Origin: Octopus vulgaris
Lineage: Eukaryota
Reading direction: 5' to 3'
Length of the DNA: 64,000 bases
NCBI GenBank assembly: GCA_951406725.2
Contig: OX597825.1
Location: 6,510,001 to 6,574,000 of the forward strand
This document shows, one piece after another, positions 39,976 through 54,985 of this stretch (the stretch's first letter is position 1; every line of letters begins with the position of its first letter). The notes beneath the pieces are model-generated. The model made no database searches. It saw nothing but the letters and a program-made list of their open reading frames with translations, and was not told the origin of the DNA. The position numbers and the translations under genes are program-made.

Positions 39976-40219
39976 CTGTTCTACCAATTATAAATGTTTT
40001 TATTATTTTTTTGCAGTTTACTTAATCATTGGTATTTTATTGTTATTTTAATTTTAATATTTCTATTATATGTAATTTTCTAGATGGTGTAACATTTTGA
40101 ATTGATAAAAGGTGGGTTTTTCTAATTTTTTATATATATATTATATTGTGTGAAATTTGATTTAGTATTTCTAAATTGAATTTTTTCCCTGTAAGTTAGG
40201 ATTAATATTCCCTAAATAA

Positions 40220-40257
<38 letters not shown>

Positions 40258-41916
40258 CATTTAATGTCCATTGTCCATACTGGCATGGGTTGGACAGTGT
40301 GACCTGAGCTGGCAAGCTGGGGGTCTGCACCAAATTTCAGTCTGATATGGCATGGTTTCTATGGCTGGATGCCCCTCCTAACACCATGTATATATTATGG
40401 TTTTACTCTAAGTAGAAGTAAGAAGCCTAGTTATTATTATTATTTTTGTTTAATGTTTCTGACAAAGGCACAGAACCATTAGTCTGAAAGTTTAATAGAA
40501 ACACACAAATGTAATTCTATAAAAGAAAGTTAATTTTATATGAATTGGTTCATTTTAAAATTTAGCTTTCCATACTTTCATGGGGCATCTTCAAGTATTC
40601 TTCCATACTTCTCCAAATTATTCTAGCATGAAAATGTTCAGCTTAATAAATAAAAGATTTTGAGTTCGTGGCATACAATTCTTTGAGCCACTCAGCCATG
40701 TATCAGACTTTTATAAGACTGTCAGATACATCTCCAATTCTCAGCTAGACTTCTGGCATATATGCAACACAAAATCTCCATTAATACTTTTCTAACCTAA
40801 TGACATAGAAATAAATATTTGTTTGCTTTAACTCAATGCAGACAACATGAATGTGTATTAAATAATGTAGAGATACGCTCTCGGCAAGCCATGTTGGATA
40901 TGTCTCACTTCCTGACAACATCATTTTTTGTGGTGAGTTACCTCATTAAACTATTTTGTGTGTATGAGGATGTGTGTGTGTGTGTGTGCATGACAGGGAA
41001 TTATCCAAGATATACTACACTTTCTGTACAGATTTGCTTCTCATGCAGGGAAATTGCAATCTTTAGAAATTGCGTTTGTTAAGTATTAAAGTGACCATCA
41101 CATATAAAAACAAACATAGGACTGAAGGAACTGATATATATATATATTTGTTGGCCTAATTTCCACATACAACACATAACCACAGATACAACAATCTCCT
41201 ACAACACACCTCTATTGAGCAGCCTAAAATTCCTGTTCAAAAATGTGTTATCAAATACACAGTTTACAGAAAAAGCACAATTTTACCAAAAATTTTATTA
41301 CAGATGCTGCCAAAGCCCAGTTTTGTTATATGATCTAATAATTATTAAGGCACTAATTGAAGCATCTTCATTTAGTTTTTCAGTGAAATGTAACCAGAAG
41401 AAAATGTGCAGTATTTAAGGTTGTGCTGAAGACAACAGTAAGCCAGCCTGTTTAGCATCTAACACATCCGACAAATCTTACATTCATATTGAATAATAGA
41501 ACCTCTTTACTCAAATGCATAAACACAAAAGGATTGATATCTTTTTTTAAGGAAGACAAGTAGAATTGAAATCTAACTTCTTCCTGCATCAACTGATATT
41601 ATATTTCTATTAACTCAGTGCAAAACAAGCTTTTTTATGTTTGCTCAATACAGACTAAGTTTTGCCAGCCACTGCTATCATACCAACCATGCTTGCCTAA
41701 AAATCTTAGAAGCACCTACTCACAGCACAACTTCGCTGCATGTTAGTACTACAATAAAAAACAATTCTCCAAATGCATTAACACGTTAAACCTACCACTA
41801 GAGTCCACTACCCATACCATTGCTAATCCCTACCTACAAAGACAAAATGCACCAAGCAATGGCTGGTTCAACTGTTAGCCAGTATTAACCCATTACTGTT
41901 CAGATTATTCTATTAA

Positions 41917-42495
41917 AGGTTTCAGTCTCAGGTAGGGTTTGGGAAAAGATCTCATTTAGTTTTATATTTTCTGTAAATGGAGAAGGAGCAAAAAAAATAA
42001 ACACTGAATACTTTTACAAAGAGCCTCATCAGTATAGGCCAGGATCGAACCTTTGTTAAAGGGGTGTTTGTGTTGCTGTGCCCATGTCTTTACCCACAAG
42101 ACCACTGAGACAACAGCAATATCTAGTTTGAAAATAATGTATTTAAATCTATCAGACTAATATAATCACCAATCAATCATTAAAATAGATTTAAATATCT
42201 CTTATTTTGTATAAGTAGTATTACGGGCCTTGTGGCCCAGTAGATAAGGGTGGTTGGTTACAAACAAGACAGTGGGGGTAGATGGAGGTTTCAGTCTCAG
42301 GTAGGGATTGTGAAAAGATCTCATTTAGTTTTTTTTTCTTTCTGTAAATGGAGAAGGGGGAAAAAAAAAACTGAATACTTAGGCCAAGATTGAACCTTTG
42401 TTAAAGAGGTTTGTGCATTGCAGTGTCCACATCTTTACCCACAAGACCATTGAGACAATAGCAATAGCTAGTTTGAAAATGATATATTTAAATCT
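41917..42495 (+). repeat. Tandem duplication (about 210-230 bp) of a tRNA-like-headed element
   Basis: 41917-42150 matches 42286-42495; second copy preceded by a TGGCCCAGTAG box A-like head. Confidence 0.8.
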
Positions 42496-42771
42496 TATAT
42501 AGCTATTTGATGTGGTGATGTTCATGGTTTTCTGTGACTTTAGTAATATTTCAGGGGAGAATGTGAAATGCTCTAGAACACAACATGCTACCTGATTCAG
42601 GAATTGATCTCACAGCCTTAATGATTATAAGCTGAACACCCTAATCACAAGGCCATGCACTTTCATGGCAAAGTCAGTAGAGTGATGGGCTGATTTCCAT
42701 TTATATCCTGGGTTCAAGTCCTGCAAAGTCCAGCTTAGCCTTTCATTCTTCTGGGGTCAATAAAATAAAGT

Positions 42772-43212
42772 ATGGGCCGTGACTGCTGAGGACATGCATA
42801 AGCTTGCAAGGAATGAAGCCAGTATGATCCGATGGATGTGTAATGTCAGTGTTCATACTCGACAGAGTGTTAAGTACCTTGAGAGAGAAGTTGGACCTAA
42901 GAAGCATCAGATGTGGTGTGCAAGAGAGAAGACTACACTGGTATGGTTATGTCGTGAGAATGGATGAGGATAGCTGTGTGAAAAAGTGCCATACCCTAGT
43001 GGTTGAGGGAACCTGTGCAAGACCTAGGATGAAGTGGTGAAGCATGACCCTTGAACATTAGGCCTCACCAAAGCAATGACTAGTGACCGAGACTTATGGA
43101 AATATGCTGTGCTTGAGAAGACCTGGCAAGCCATGTGAGACCATAACCTTGTGGCCTATGCCAGGGGTGTAACCAGCCCACTTATGCGTACCATTCCTTC
43201 ATTAGACACTAA
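42772..43212 (+). mobile_element. RTE LINE 3' coding fragment
   Basis: Near-identical to 7781-8240. Confidence 0.9.
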
Positions 43213-43255
43213 ATTAATGAACACATTAATACATATGCACACTCACACACAAAAG

Positions 43256-43389
43256 TATATACATGTGTTTACACTTTTTATCCATCACCCCTACGAAGAA
43301 GTTAATATAGATCCATGTTGTTCAATTAATTCCAATTGACCAGCATGGATCTATATTAACTTCTTAGGGGTGACGGGTAAAAGTGCAAA

Positions 43390-43397
<8 letters not shown>
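43256..43397. repeat. Imperfect palindrome (about 65-bp arms) next to (TA)n
   Basis: CACCCCT..GAAGTTAATATAGATCCATG / CATGGATCTATATTAACTTC..AGGGGTG. Confidence 0.85.
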
Positions 43398-43427
<30 letters not shown>

Positions 43428-43658
43428 CATACATGTTTGATGGTTAATTTGCTGTTAATAATAAATAATTATTAACTTTCCCAATCTCCATTTTCTTTTT
43501 CTTCTTTTATATTAGTATAAACTATACGTTTTTATATATACACTTATTATTTTAAGGAAATTCCCCCCCCCCCAAATACTTAGTATTGACCAGTACTTCC
43601 TTGGATGAAACCATCCCTTCATGAGGTTAGCATAACCTCTAATCGAAGTGTGTGTATG

Positions 43659-43706
<48 letters not shown>

Positions 43707-44500
43707 CTTTTTTTAATTTTACCCATTTCACTCATTTGACTGTGGCCAATTTGAAGGGTTTTAGTCAAAGAAATCGACCCCCATGACTTATTCTTTGTGA
43801 GCCTAGTACTTATTCTAGCGGTCTCTTTTCCCAAAACACTAAGTTACGGGGACATAAATGTACCAACATCAGCTGTCAAGCGATGGTGGGAACAAACACA
43901 GACAAAAAGACACACACACATATATATACGATGGGTTTCTTTCAGTTTTCATCTACTGACAGACGTGCATGGACTGCTTTGACCAATGATGTAGTGAACC
44001 CAATAGGAACCAGCTCAAACCTTCCCAGGTGAATGCCATTACAAGGAGACAAGGCTTAGAAGAGAAACCTATAGATGCACAACCAATATGTAGATGACAT
44101 AATGATATGTTTCTTTATTAGCCACACAGGGCTGCTAATAATGAAACTGTTAACGGTATCAAGGAAAGCATTCATTTTGCGAAGTATGAAGTTGACAATC
44201 ACCTGCCCATCCAAACATTCCAGTAATAAGCTTTCTGTCTTTCATACTAAATTCTGTTTAAAACAATAAACAACAAAACACATCTCTTCCATTCACATCA
44301 TGAAAAATTTACAGTCAAAAAAAATACTTAATCCACAAAATCTCTGCTGTATCTGGAAACATAAAAATGATTTAATAGCAGACTTATGTAAAAGTAATGA
44401 ATTACAATCGCCTTCTTGTACCAGTCTTGCAATAAAAAGAAAAATGTGCATAAGATGGCACTCGCTATATATAACTCTTCAGATACCATCAACATGTAAT

Positions 44501-45166
44501 AGAGGGAATGTTTGGAGGCTGCGATAATTTATATAGGTGAAACCACCCACAGCATACCTAAGGGAATGAAGGAACACTGACAAGATAATAAAGATAAGAA
44601 ACCGATGCTGGTATGCTAATTATGAAAAATGATAAATATGATGGCAGGTAGAGCAATAGAGAAATAAAAATGTTATAGACAAAATAGGACAAAATCAGGA
44701 TATGTAAGTTGGGGGGGGGTCAAGAAAAGGTTAGAAAACATAAGGCAATGAAACAAATCATGGAATAGGCTAGAAAGAATAAACAAGACAGTAAGGCAGA
44801 CAGTTGGTAAAATACTGACAAGTTCTGTGGGGTTATGTTTATGGTACACCTAAAGATGAACTAGTGCATGAGAAAGCAACCAGACACATTAAATGACAGG
44901 TAAGGACATAACCATTTGATAGAACATTCTACTAATTGCTTAATATGCCAAAGATAAATTATAAAGCTAGGAATGTAATATACCAGAGGAAATGTTTGGA
45001 GGCTGCTATAATTTATAAAGGTGAAACCACCCACAGCATACCAAAAGGAATGAAAGACTACTGGCAAGATAATAAAGATAAGAAACTTATGTTGGTATGC
45101 TAATCATGAAAATGATAAACTTGATGGCAGGCAGAACAATAGAGAAATAAAAATGTTAAAGACAAA
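44501..45166. repeat. About 182-bp direct repeats separated by about 300 bp
   Basis: 44501-44684 matches 44985-45166. Confidence 0.85.
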
Positions 45167-46161
45167 CACAAATGACACAACTTTTCATCAAATAGAAGCA
45201 TTCTGAGTTCAAATCCTGACTCTTCCACCAAACAACAGTAATGCTTCTGTCACCAAATTATGGTACCAGTAATCAAAAAATACAAAAACATTGGAAACAT
45301 CGTTTCTTTGGTTCCGTCACCAGACCACCCACCCACCATTACTGTTTCACTCCAGATATGTAAATATACATTTATAAGTGTAAATGTATATATGTGTATG
45401 TTTGTTTGTGTGAGTGTATTATCTCTCTCTCTCTATATATATATATATATACATATATATACACAAATGTTTGTGTGTGTGTATACATACTAGTCTGCAC
45501 ATGAGTGTATGAAAAGAATTATTAATCTGTATAGAACTGTTACATGTTTATATATAACATATGAGAGCAAGCAAGAAGGAGGCTCAAGGATGCACACTTG
45601 CACACATGCACACATGCACCTACAGATGTAGACATGCACAGACATACAAACAAGCACAGATATATACACAGGCAGACACATGCATTCACATACAGACACA
45701 CACTGTCTATATATATATATATATACACACTCTCTATATATATATATATATACACAGACAAGGCAAAAATGAACTCACACACACATAAACACACAAACAC
45801 ACCCACACACTTGTATTAACACTGCAGAAAACAAATTTACAAGAACATAAGCCAATATAATCCAGTTTGGTTACACCTTAGCAGACCTGAGACAATCAGA
45901 ATATGCCATGGATGGCAATGATAGAATTCTTATAAGCACACTAATTAACTGATCAAATGACTGGGTAATAAATAAATTAATTAATTAGTTGGCTAATAAT
46001 ATAAAAAAGAAATGAAATCAGACCAGTGTGTGTACTTTTATTTGCAAAATGACCCTTCCAAAACAGTAAATACACACACACTCATATATCAGCAATATCC
46101 AGGAGATATAAATGCAAGAACAAAGTAAAAATATGAACAAGCAACAAGAAAATTGGTAGAG

Positions 46162-46203
<42 letters not shown>

Positions 46204-46429
46204 AATTAAAGGTAATGCTATGCAGCTTCATAATAATCCTTATTATCATTATTCTTAATATATGGTTAAGGTAATATATCCAAAATTATCCAATGGAATA
46301 TATCCCTAAATTCTTATCTTATGAGAATATTATTATTGGATTTATATATTAACTGTTGAATAACATATTTTGAATACATAACTGAGAGCAAACCAGTAAA
46401 AACCTGGAGTAATCCCTTACTATTTACAA

Positions 46430-46476
<47 letters not shown>

Positions 46477-46483
46477 CTTATTT

Positions 46484-46566
46484 TTTTCTGTTAAAGAGTG
46501 TAGGCTTGAAACGGAAAAGACTTTTTCACTTTTCCGAGTGTCAAACTAATACACCTGCTTGTTGTT
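46484..46566 (+). mobile_element. Family B fragment with decayed HHR, fused to an RTE 3' end
   Basis: TTTCTGTTAAAGAGTGTAGGCTTGAAACGGAAAAGAC. Confidence 0.65.
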
Positions 46567-47744
46567 CGGTGCAGCCTTCTGGCTTCCCAAACCCCAGTTG
46601 AACCGTCCAACCCATGCTAGCATGGAAAGCGGATGCTAAATGATGATGATGATGATGATATATATACATATACACACACATATATATACACACACATATA
46701 TATACATATACACATGTATATATATATACATAAATACATACCCCCTCAAGCAGCCGCACCCTTCACTCCCATCAGGATGAAGAGGTTCAGCCACTCACCA
46801 GACATTAATTACTTGGATATGAGTTAATGCTGATTGCGACTTTTGCCAGAATGCTAAAGAGTTAAATACCCCAAAATACATACTCCTGAAAGCAAAACTT
46901 CACTGTTCCATTGAGTTGAAGATCCTCATAATTCCAAGGATTAAAAGAGTCAAACATTAAAATGAATGGATTCATAACCAAAGTTTTCTCTGCAATAATA
47001 TCTGCATATAATAAACTTAAAGAATACTTTAAAATAAATATAGATTATTGAAGGAGAAGGAAAGGGCCTGAGTTTAGCATGGGCTGACCACTTGATGCCT
47101 CTTGTCAGTCTCCAAACACATGCATCCTAGAAACATTAGCTGTGAAGAAGGCAGCACCAATAATAAGGAGACACGTTAAACCTGTGACAATTTTGTAGAT
47201 ATAGACAAATGAAAGATTTATAAAAATTTTCTACTTCCATAAGGAGAAGAATATTTTAAGGAGATTCTTATCCAGACCTTTCCTGCCTGGTGTCAACATC
47301 TTTAACCAAAGTGTCAGAAATGACAGAACTCAAGAAGAAGTGCTATGGTTAGACAATCTTTAATGTATGTGGACAACAAAAGTGTTTTGTTGTAGATGAC
47401 AATAACCCGAAAACTCTGTTACAGATGATTGATAGGTTTGTTAGAGAAATTAATTTGAGATTCTGATAAGGAACCTGGATCAAGGAACCACAAATAGCAG
47501 AAAATAAATTATGAATGTTAAAATCATGTCAGATAAAGAAACAGATATGAAAGAATTGTAACAAATTCAGACTTATAAATAAGTAGGAATCAATGAAGAC
47601 ACAGTAAAACTCAAAGACAGAAGAAAAGATTAAGTAGGAAAATTTTATAGACACATTAGATTAAGATGTAAAAACAACTAAATATATTATGTAATTTTAT
47701 AGATGCTGATACTCTGGCTGTTCAGTCAACAAGTTGTAGATACA

Positions 47745-48066
47745 ATATTTTCAACCAAATGCTAAATGATCTAGGAACCAATAAAAATCCTTGTAATACC
47801 AAAGATGAACTGAAGGCAAAGATTATGGCAGCATTCACCAACTTAAACAAGGAGAGCATCTAGAAGAGTTGCAGGAGATTCCAAAGTCGTCTGGAGGTCA
47901 TGGTTGAAACCAATGGCAATTTTATTAAATACATTTACTCTTTAGTATTTTAAGACGTTTTAAAGTAATTTTAGTAAATATATCTGTTAAAATGAGATGT
48001 CAGTGTTAATTTTATTTTTGTATGATTTAGATGACAAAAAACAATGACTATTTTTAAGACACCCTT
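47745..48066 (+). mobile_element. Tc1/mariner transposase C-terminal remnant with right end
   Basis: NTKDELKAKIMAAFTNLNKESI*KSCRRFQSRLEVMVETNGNFI. Confidence 0.75.
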
Positions 48067-48227
48067 TGAAAAAATTTTAAATGCAAAGTTATACATTTCC
48101 CCAATGAAAACAAAAGGAGATAGGAACTTAAGTAACTTAAATTAATTAGAAATATTGACCCTAGCACTACAGAAATAAAAAATAAGAATTATTTGAAATC
48201 TAATATAAACACTATAGAATACAAACA

Positions 48228-48263
<36 letters not shown>

Positions 48264-48264
48264 C

Positions 48265-48590
48265 GTGCCAGTGGCACGTAAAAAGCACTATTTGAGTGTG
48301 GTCATTGCCAGTGCTGCCTGATTGACTCCTGTGCCGGTGGCACATAAAAAGCAACAATCAAGTGTGATCGATGCCACTACCACGAGATTGGCCCTCATGC
48401 CGGTGGCATGTAAAAAGCACCCCCTACACTCTCGCAGTGGTTGGCGTCAAGAAGGGAACCCAGCTGTACAAACTTAGCCAGATTAGATTGGCACCTGGTA
48501 CAGCCTACTGGCTTGCCAGTCTTCAGTCAAACCATCCAACCCATGCCAGCATGGAAAGCGGATGTTAAACGTTGATGATAATGATGATGA
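48265..48590 (+). mobile_element. RTE 3' module
   Basis: Family match; (GAT)n tail. Confidence 0.8.
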
Positions 48591-48632
48591 AGATTATATA
48601 TTTATTTATATATATATATGTATATATATATA

Positions 48633-48774
48633 GGGAGAATTCACAAAAAAATCCCAAAAGACGAAGACTGGTGGTGTAGACAGATGAATTAGTATAACGG
48701 GAAATGAAAAAGTCTTTAATGTTTCGAGCCTACGCTCTTCCACAGAAAGGAACACAGAAAGAAACAAGGAAAGA

Positions 48775-48778
<4 letters not shown>
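48633..48778 (-). mobile_element. Family B element flanked on both sides by (TA)n
   Basis: Minus strand 48714-48749: CTTT-CTGTGGA-A-GAGC-GTAG-GCTC-GAAAC-ATT-AAAG. Confidence 0.75.
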
Positions 48779-48819
<41 letters not shown>

Positions 48820-48892
48820 GTTTATGAATTTAATTGGGAAAATAAGATCATCCCAATATAACAATATAATGTGTGTATATATATAAATATAA

Positions 48893-48937
<45 letters not shown>

Positions 48938-48939
<2 letters not shown>

Positions 48940-49312
48940 TGGTGAAGCACGACCTTCAGACATTGCGCTTCACCAAGGCGATGACAAGTGACCGATACCT
49001 CTGTAGATATGTTATGCTTGAGAAGACCTGGCAAGCCGAGTGAGACTGTAACCGTGGCCTCTGCCAGTGCAGCATAACCAGCCCGTTTAAGAACACCCTT
49101 CAATCATTGGGCAATAAACTGCACTTGCAAAGGCTGTTGAGCCAAGTGAAGTTGTTGTCATGGTCGATGCCAGAGCCCCCTGACTGGTCCTGTGTCAGTG
49201 GCACATAAAAAGCACCATTCGAGAGTGGTTGATGCCAGTGCTGGCTGAATGGCTCCCGTGCTGGTGGCATATAAAAAGCACCTGGTGCACTGTCAGAGTG
49301 GTTGGCATTAGG
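48938..49312 (+). mobile_element. RTE ORF end plus 3' UTR fragment
   Basis: Matches 8058-8300 and the UTR modules. Confidence 0.8.
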
Positions 49313-49394
49313 AGATTGTGTGTTCCTTTACAACCTTCTACGTACGTTCATATGTATGTACACACGCACACACACACACACACACACACATACA

Positions 49395-49465
<71 letters not shown>

Positions 49466-49893
49466 TTAGGGCAGTTGTAGGATTGCGGTTTCGATCCCCA
49501 GACCGGGTGTTGTGAGTGTTTATTGAGTGAAAACACCTAAAGCTCCACGAGGCTCTGGCAGGGTGGTGGTGGCGATCCCTGCTGTACTCTTTCGCCACAA
49601 CTTTCTCTCACTCTTTCTTCTGTTGGCCTGCTTGCTTAGCCAGCAGGGTGGCATCACTTGAAGGCTAAAACAATGCGAATCGCATTGCGACCAGTGATGT
49701 GTAGCAACATCTGATAGCCTGGTCAGTCATGTGATATATATATATATACACATATATATTCATTTATATACATTGGTTAGTCTAGAGGTATAGTGGAATG
49801 CACTTGTTCCCACAAAGGAATTAAACCCTGAACCATGTAGTTGAGGATTAAGCTTCTTACCACAGTCACATGCATGTCAATAAACATGCACAC

Positions 49894-50215
49894 GTCTTCC
49901 CAGGGTACTATAAGTTCAATCACAAGTATTGCTTTTGCACTCCTCGATCCCAGGAACATGTCTAATTAGATTGATGTTATCACAGTTTCTTCTCGGTAAA
50001 TGATTTTCTCCTTCAGCTCCATTAAAATCTTCCAGTCTAAGGCTGGTTGAAAAATAGGAAACAAGTCCCCTCTATTCTTCTAGCCTTATGAGCCTTGATA
50101 CTTTCCCTTAGGAATCTGATACCCATAGGGGGTCATGGATGCTGTTTGTTGGTCTTAATTCTCTGCAGGTCCACCCATTTGGCAATTTCTGTAAGGACCT
50201 GGTCATCTCTGTTTG
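49894..50215 (-). mobile_element. HERO/NeSL-type non-LTR element, restriction-like endonuclease fragment
   Basis: RDDQVLTEIA..DWKILMELKEKI..DMFLGSRSAKAILVIELIVPWED, resembling the RPDIVLWS..K..IELTVPWE motif. Confidence 0.7.
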
Positions 50216-50763
50216 TATTGACCATTTTCTTATGCTCTGGGTATTTGACCAAAAACACGTTTCCCCAATATGATCACTTGACATTATTAAAATGACAGTA
50301 AAATCTCTGAAAAAATAATTTTTTTTTACAAAATTTCAATTTTTTAAATCAACCATTCTGCAAAAATCAAAATTTTGAAATTATTTTTTGGCAGAATTGT
50401 AAAATCTGAATTTTTCCAGTAAAATTATCGTAAGTGTTTAGAAAAAAGTGGAAAATTCAAAATTTGGAGAGGTGGGTACTTGAAACTTTGAAAAACTGTT
50501 TTTGGAGCTTAAATGCAATCTTCAGTGTTGAATGCATACAATTCCACAGAAATTTTAGAAAAAAAATAAAAATAAAAAGAAACAATAAAACTTGTAGTAT
50601 TAGACAGGTTTGTCTCCGTTTTTTTCCATCTGTTTACACTCACTAATTGCTTTTACAGGCTGTCACTTGCTTGCTCAAATATTACAGTTTATTTCATATA
50701 TATATATATATATATCATCATCATCGTCGTTTAACGTCCGTTCTCCATGCTAGCATGGGTTGG

Positions 50764-50767
<4 letters not shown>

Positions 50768-50818
<51 letters not shown>

Positions 50819-51143
50819 TACATATATATATATATATACATATATACATATATATATATACATATATATACATATATACATATATATATATATACATATA
50901 TACATATATATATATACATATATACATATATACATATATATATATACATATATACATATATATATATACATATATACATATATATATATGTATATATATA
51001 TATACATATATACATATATATATATACATATATACATATATATATATACATATATACATATATATATATATACATATATACATATATATATATACATATA
51101 TACATATATACATATATATATATACATATATACATATATATAT

Positions 51144-51208
<65 letters not shown>

Positions 51209-51340
51209 CACATATGTGTATGTTTGTATACAGCAGTGAATACATGCATAAACAAAACACACACACACACATTGGTATGAGTGTGTGTGTGTGTACATAC
51301 ACACACACACACATACATATAGAGATGCACATGCAAATAT
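50768..51340. repeat. (TATATACA)n/(TA)n microsatellite
   Basis: Direct reading. Confidence 0.95.
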
Positions 51341-51827
51341 AAGTACAGTTTAATGCCCCAGTGATAGTCCTCAAATTTGACCGTTTGTCACCCATAAATA
51401 TTTTTCTGCTGAATCAATTTTGATGCAGTTTTCAGTATTAGATTCCTCTCATTTATATTGCTTAAGAAAGCTTAATTATACCTACTGATTGTTTAAAGTA
51501 ATAGAGATACGATGGCTTAAAGACAAATTATCCATTGCAGTAATTGTAAAAGAGTTATATTTGCCTAAAGAAGTGCATCGTAGACAACAACAATGGTGCA
51601 AAAAAAAAAAAAAGGGGACAATTGTTTGCTTCACAAGCTTTACATTTTTACATGTGAAAGAGGTGCCACTTATAATTATTCTACAGAACTAAACACTAGA
51701 ATGGCAAGAAAACAAAAACAACAACACAAAGTCAAATGCATAACTAAATCTACCTGAGGAAGAAGGCAATGAAGATTTTAGTGAACAAGTGAAAGAAGAA
51801 TATATTTGAAATACTCAGGCACAGGAG

Positions 51828-52210
51828 TGGTTGTGTGGCAAGTAGCTTGCTTACCGACCACATGGTTCCAGGTTCAGTCTCACTGTGTGGCACCTTGGGC
51901 AAGTGTCTTCTACTATAGCCTCGGGCCGACCAAAGCCTTATGAGTGGATTTGGTAGACGGAAACTGAAAGAAGCCCGTCGTATATATGTATATATATATG
52001 TGTGTGTGTGTGTATGTGTTTGTCCCCACAACATTGCTTGACAACTGATGTTGGTGCATTTACGTCCCTGTAACTTAGCGGTTCGGCAAAAGAGTCCAAT
52101 AGAATAAGTACTAGGCTTATAAAGAATAAGTACTGGGGTCGTCTTGCTCGACTAAAGGTGGTGCTCCAGCATGGCCACAGTCATATGACTGAAACAAGTA
52201 AAAGAGTAAA
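51828..52210 (+). mobile_element. Full-length tRNA SINE
   Basis: Matches 38889-39292. Confidence 0.88.
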
Positions 52211-52792
52211 TAAGTTTCCTTGCAAACAGTAACTGTAATGACAACAGCAGCAGTAGTAATTCTTCTATGATTTCAAATATTGATATTCTATTCAGGGAGT
52301 TGCTGTATGATGGCAAACCTTCCTTCAACACAAAATGAAGAAACAGAATTTCTAGATCTGTCATGGTTACAAGAAAAAAGTCAGTGGAAGAATTTCATAA
52401 AATCCAACAGCATTCATTGGTGAAATGACCATCCCCAAATATACCAACAGCATTTCTTCACCACATGAGATTGTCTAAGAGAAGGCAAAGAGAAAAATTA
52501 TGCAGCTCTGCTTATGTAAAAGTGAGAAAGAATTAAAATCTCTCTCACATCAAGTAATACAACAGGTTCTCCAGGACTTATCAGAAGTTCTCTCAAATGT
52601 GAAAAGCAAAATGTTATGGTACTATCTGTTGTACCTTAAGAACTGAAGATAGACTACAACTGCCAGGCATATGTCTGACTAAACATTTGTGGTTCAGTAC
52701 ATGGACTGAAGAAACACCAAGCAATATGCGACATTGGACAAGATGCAAATCCATGGTTGGCAGTGTATTTCGTGTTACAGCAAAAAAAAAAA

Positions 52793-52852
<60 letters not shown>

Positions 52853-53464
52853 AGTCAAAGCAGAGTTAATGAGAGCAACTCATAACTGGAGGCAAGCATT
52901 GAAAGCAAGTCTGAAGATCACAACACCACACCATAACTGTACCTATTGGAAGGTGCCAATACCAAAAGCATGTGACAGCTGATACAGGGTAGAAAGCCTA
53001 GTTGTTGCATTTGTGGATGGCATACAAAATATCTTTGTGGCTAGTATCTCAAATAGATGAGATAGTCTTTTAACAGTATAAACCTATAAAGCAATCCTTC
53101 ATCATGACAAGAGGGAAAAAAATAATAATTTCAGATAAGTACTTACAAAGGAGAGGTGAAAACAGAAAGGAAAAGAGAGAATAATCTCCAAAAAAAAAAA
53201 AAAAAAGACTCAAAATAGAATAATGAAAACAGGTGAGTCGTTTCTTCCAAACAACAACAAAATCCTTCCTCAAGAAAGTAACAAAGGAAATGAAAAGACC
53301 AAAGATGAACTAAGCTCCACCATTCTTTAAAAGTCAAATAACAAACAAAATTACATATCTCAGATGCAAAAGATTTACAATGACACAAAAACAGTTAAGT
53401 TCAGGATGTAAACAACAAGCAGATTGCCAGTAAACTTAAAATAAAGACATTACACAAAACTTAC

Positions 53465-53758
53465 ACGCAAGATGTTGGTGTTTTACAACCATAAGTCTCA
53501 AAAAAATGTTCACTGGTGCATTCGGCTGCACTTGAACACAGTTTGAAAAAGGTTAAGTGAACAGTGTTCTGTATGTTTAAATACAAATGCGTTGCATGTA
53601 TATGCATACATGTGTATCCTTCTATATAATGTATCAAATGATTCGCCTCCACCCCTTTCTTTTATACTTCAAAATGATTTTTTTCCCCACCCTCCATTAT
53701 ACTCTCTTTGTTTGTAATCCCAAGTGAAAGTTTTGTATTCTTTGTATCTCTTCAAACC
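53465..53758 (-). other. Candidate spliced exon of the minus-strand gene (UTR and/or coding; alternative acceptor at 53568)
   Basis: Strong acceptor ctttcttttattttcttcag at 53759 and donor GT|gtaagt at 53464. Confidence 0.45.
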
Positions 53759-54248
53759 CTGAAGAAAATAAAAGAAAGATTATCAATATTTTACTTCATT
53801 GCTCTAATCCTCGTTTTTATATCATAAAAACTACCATTGTTGTAATTCTTATATCAGTAAAATTATATCATAAAAATTACCATTGTTATAATTTTTATAT
53901 CAGCATTTCTCACACAATCATTATTGCTGTCTTTCTTTTACATTCGTTCAATGTTCCCTTTCTAGGCTTCAGCAAAACTGAATACACCACAAGTTCATAT
54001 GTTGATATATAAGTGCACACAAAGGATATTACCTAACGTTACAAGTGCACTGATCATTTTTATTGCATGTTTGAAGATACTCATCTTTCATTTATTTATT
54101 CACATTTTGCAGTTTGTTATTACCATTGTCATGCGTATGGCTAATGACCAGTTTATCATAGTATATTTAAATCTATTTTTAAGGTTAATATTTAAAAGTG
54201 ATAGATGCATCTGTACAATGTAAAAAAAAACAAAACAACAGGTGTACA

Positions 54249-54985
<737 letters not shown>

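Noticed and set aside
40873-40932. Septin-like peptide TLSASHVGYVSLPD before a gtgagt donor
   Set aside because: Short match with no GTPase exons nearby; likely chance
44985-45060. YAVGGF kelch-like or iGluR-pore-like peptide in the duplicated segment
   Set aside because: Differences between the two copies are mostly non-synonymous and the donors are weak
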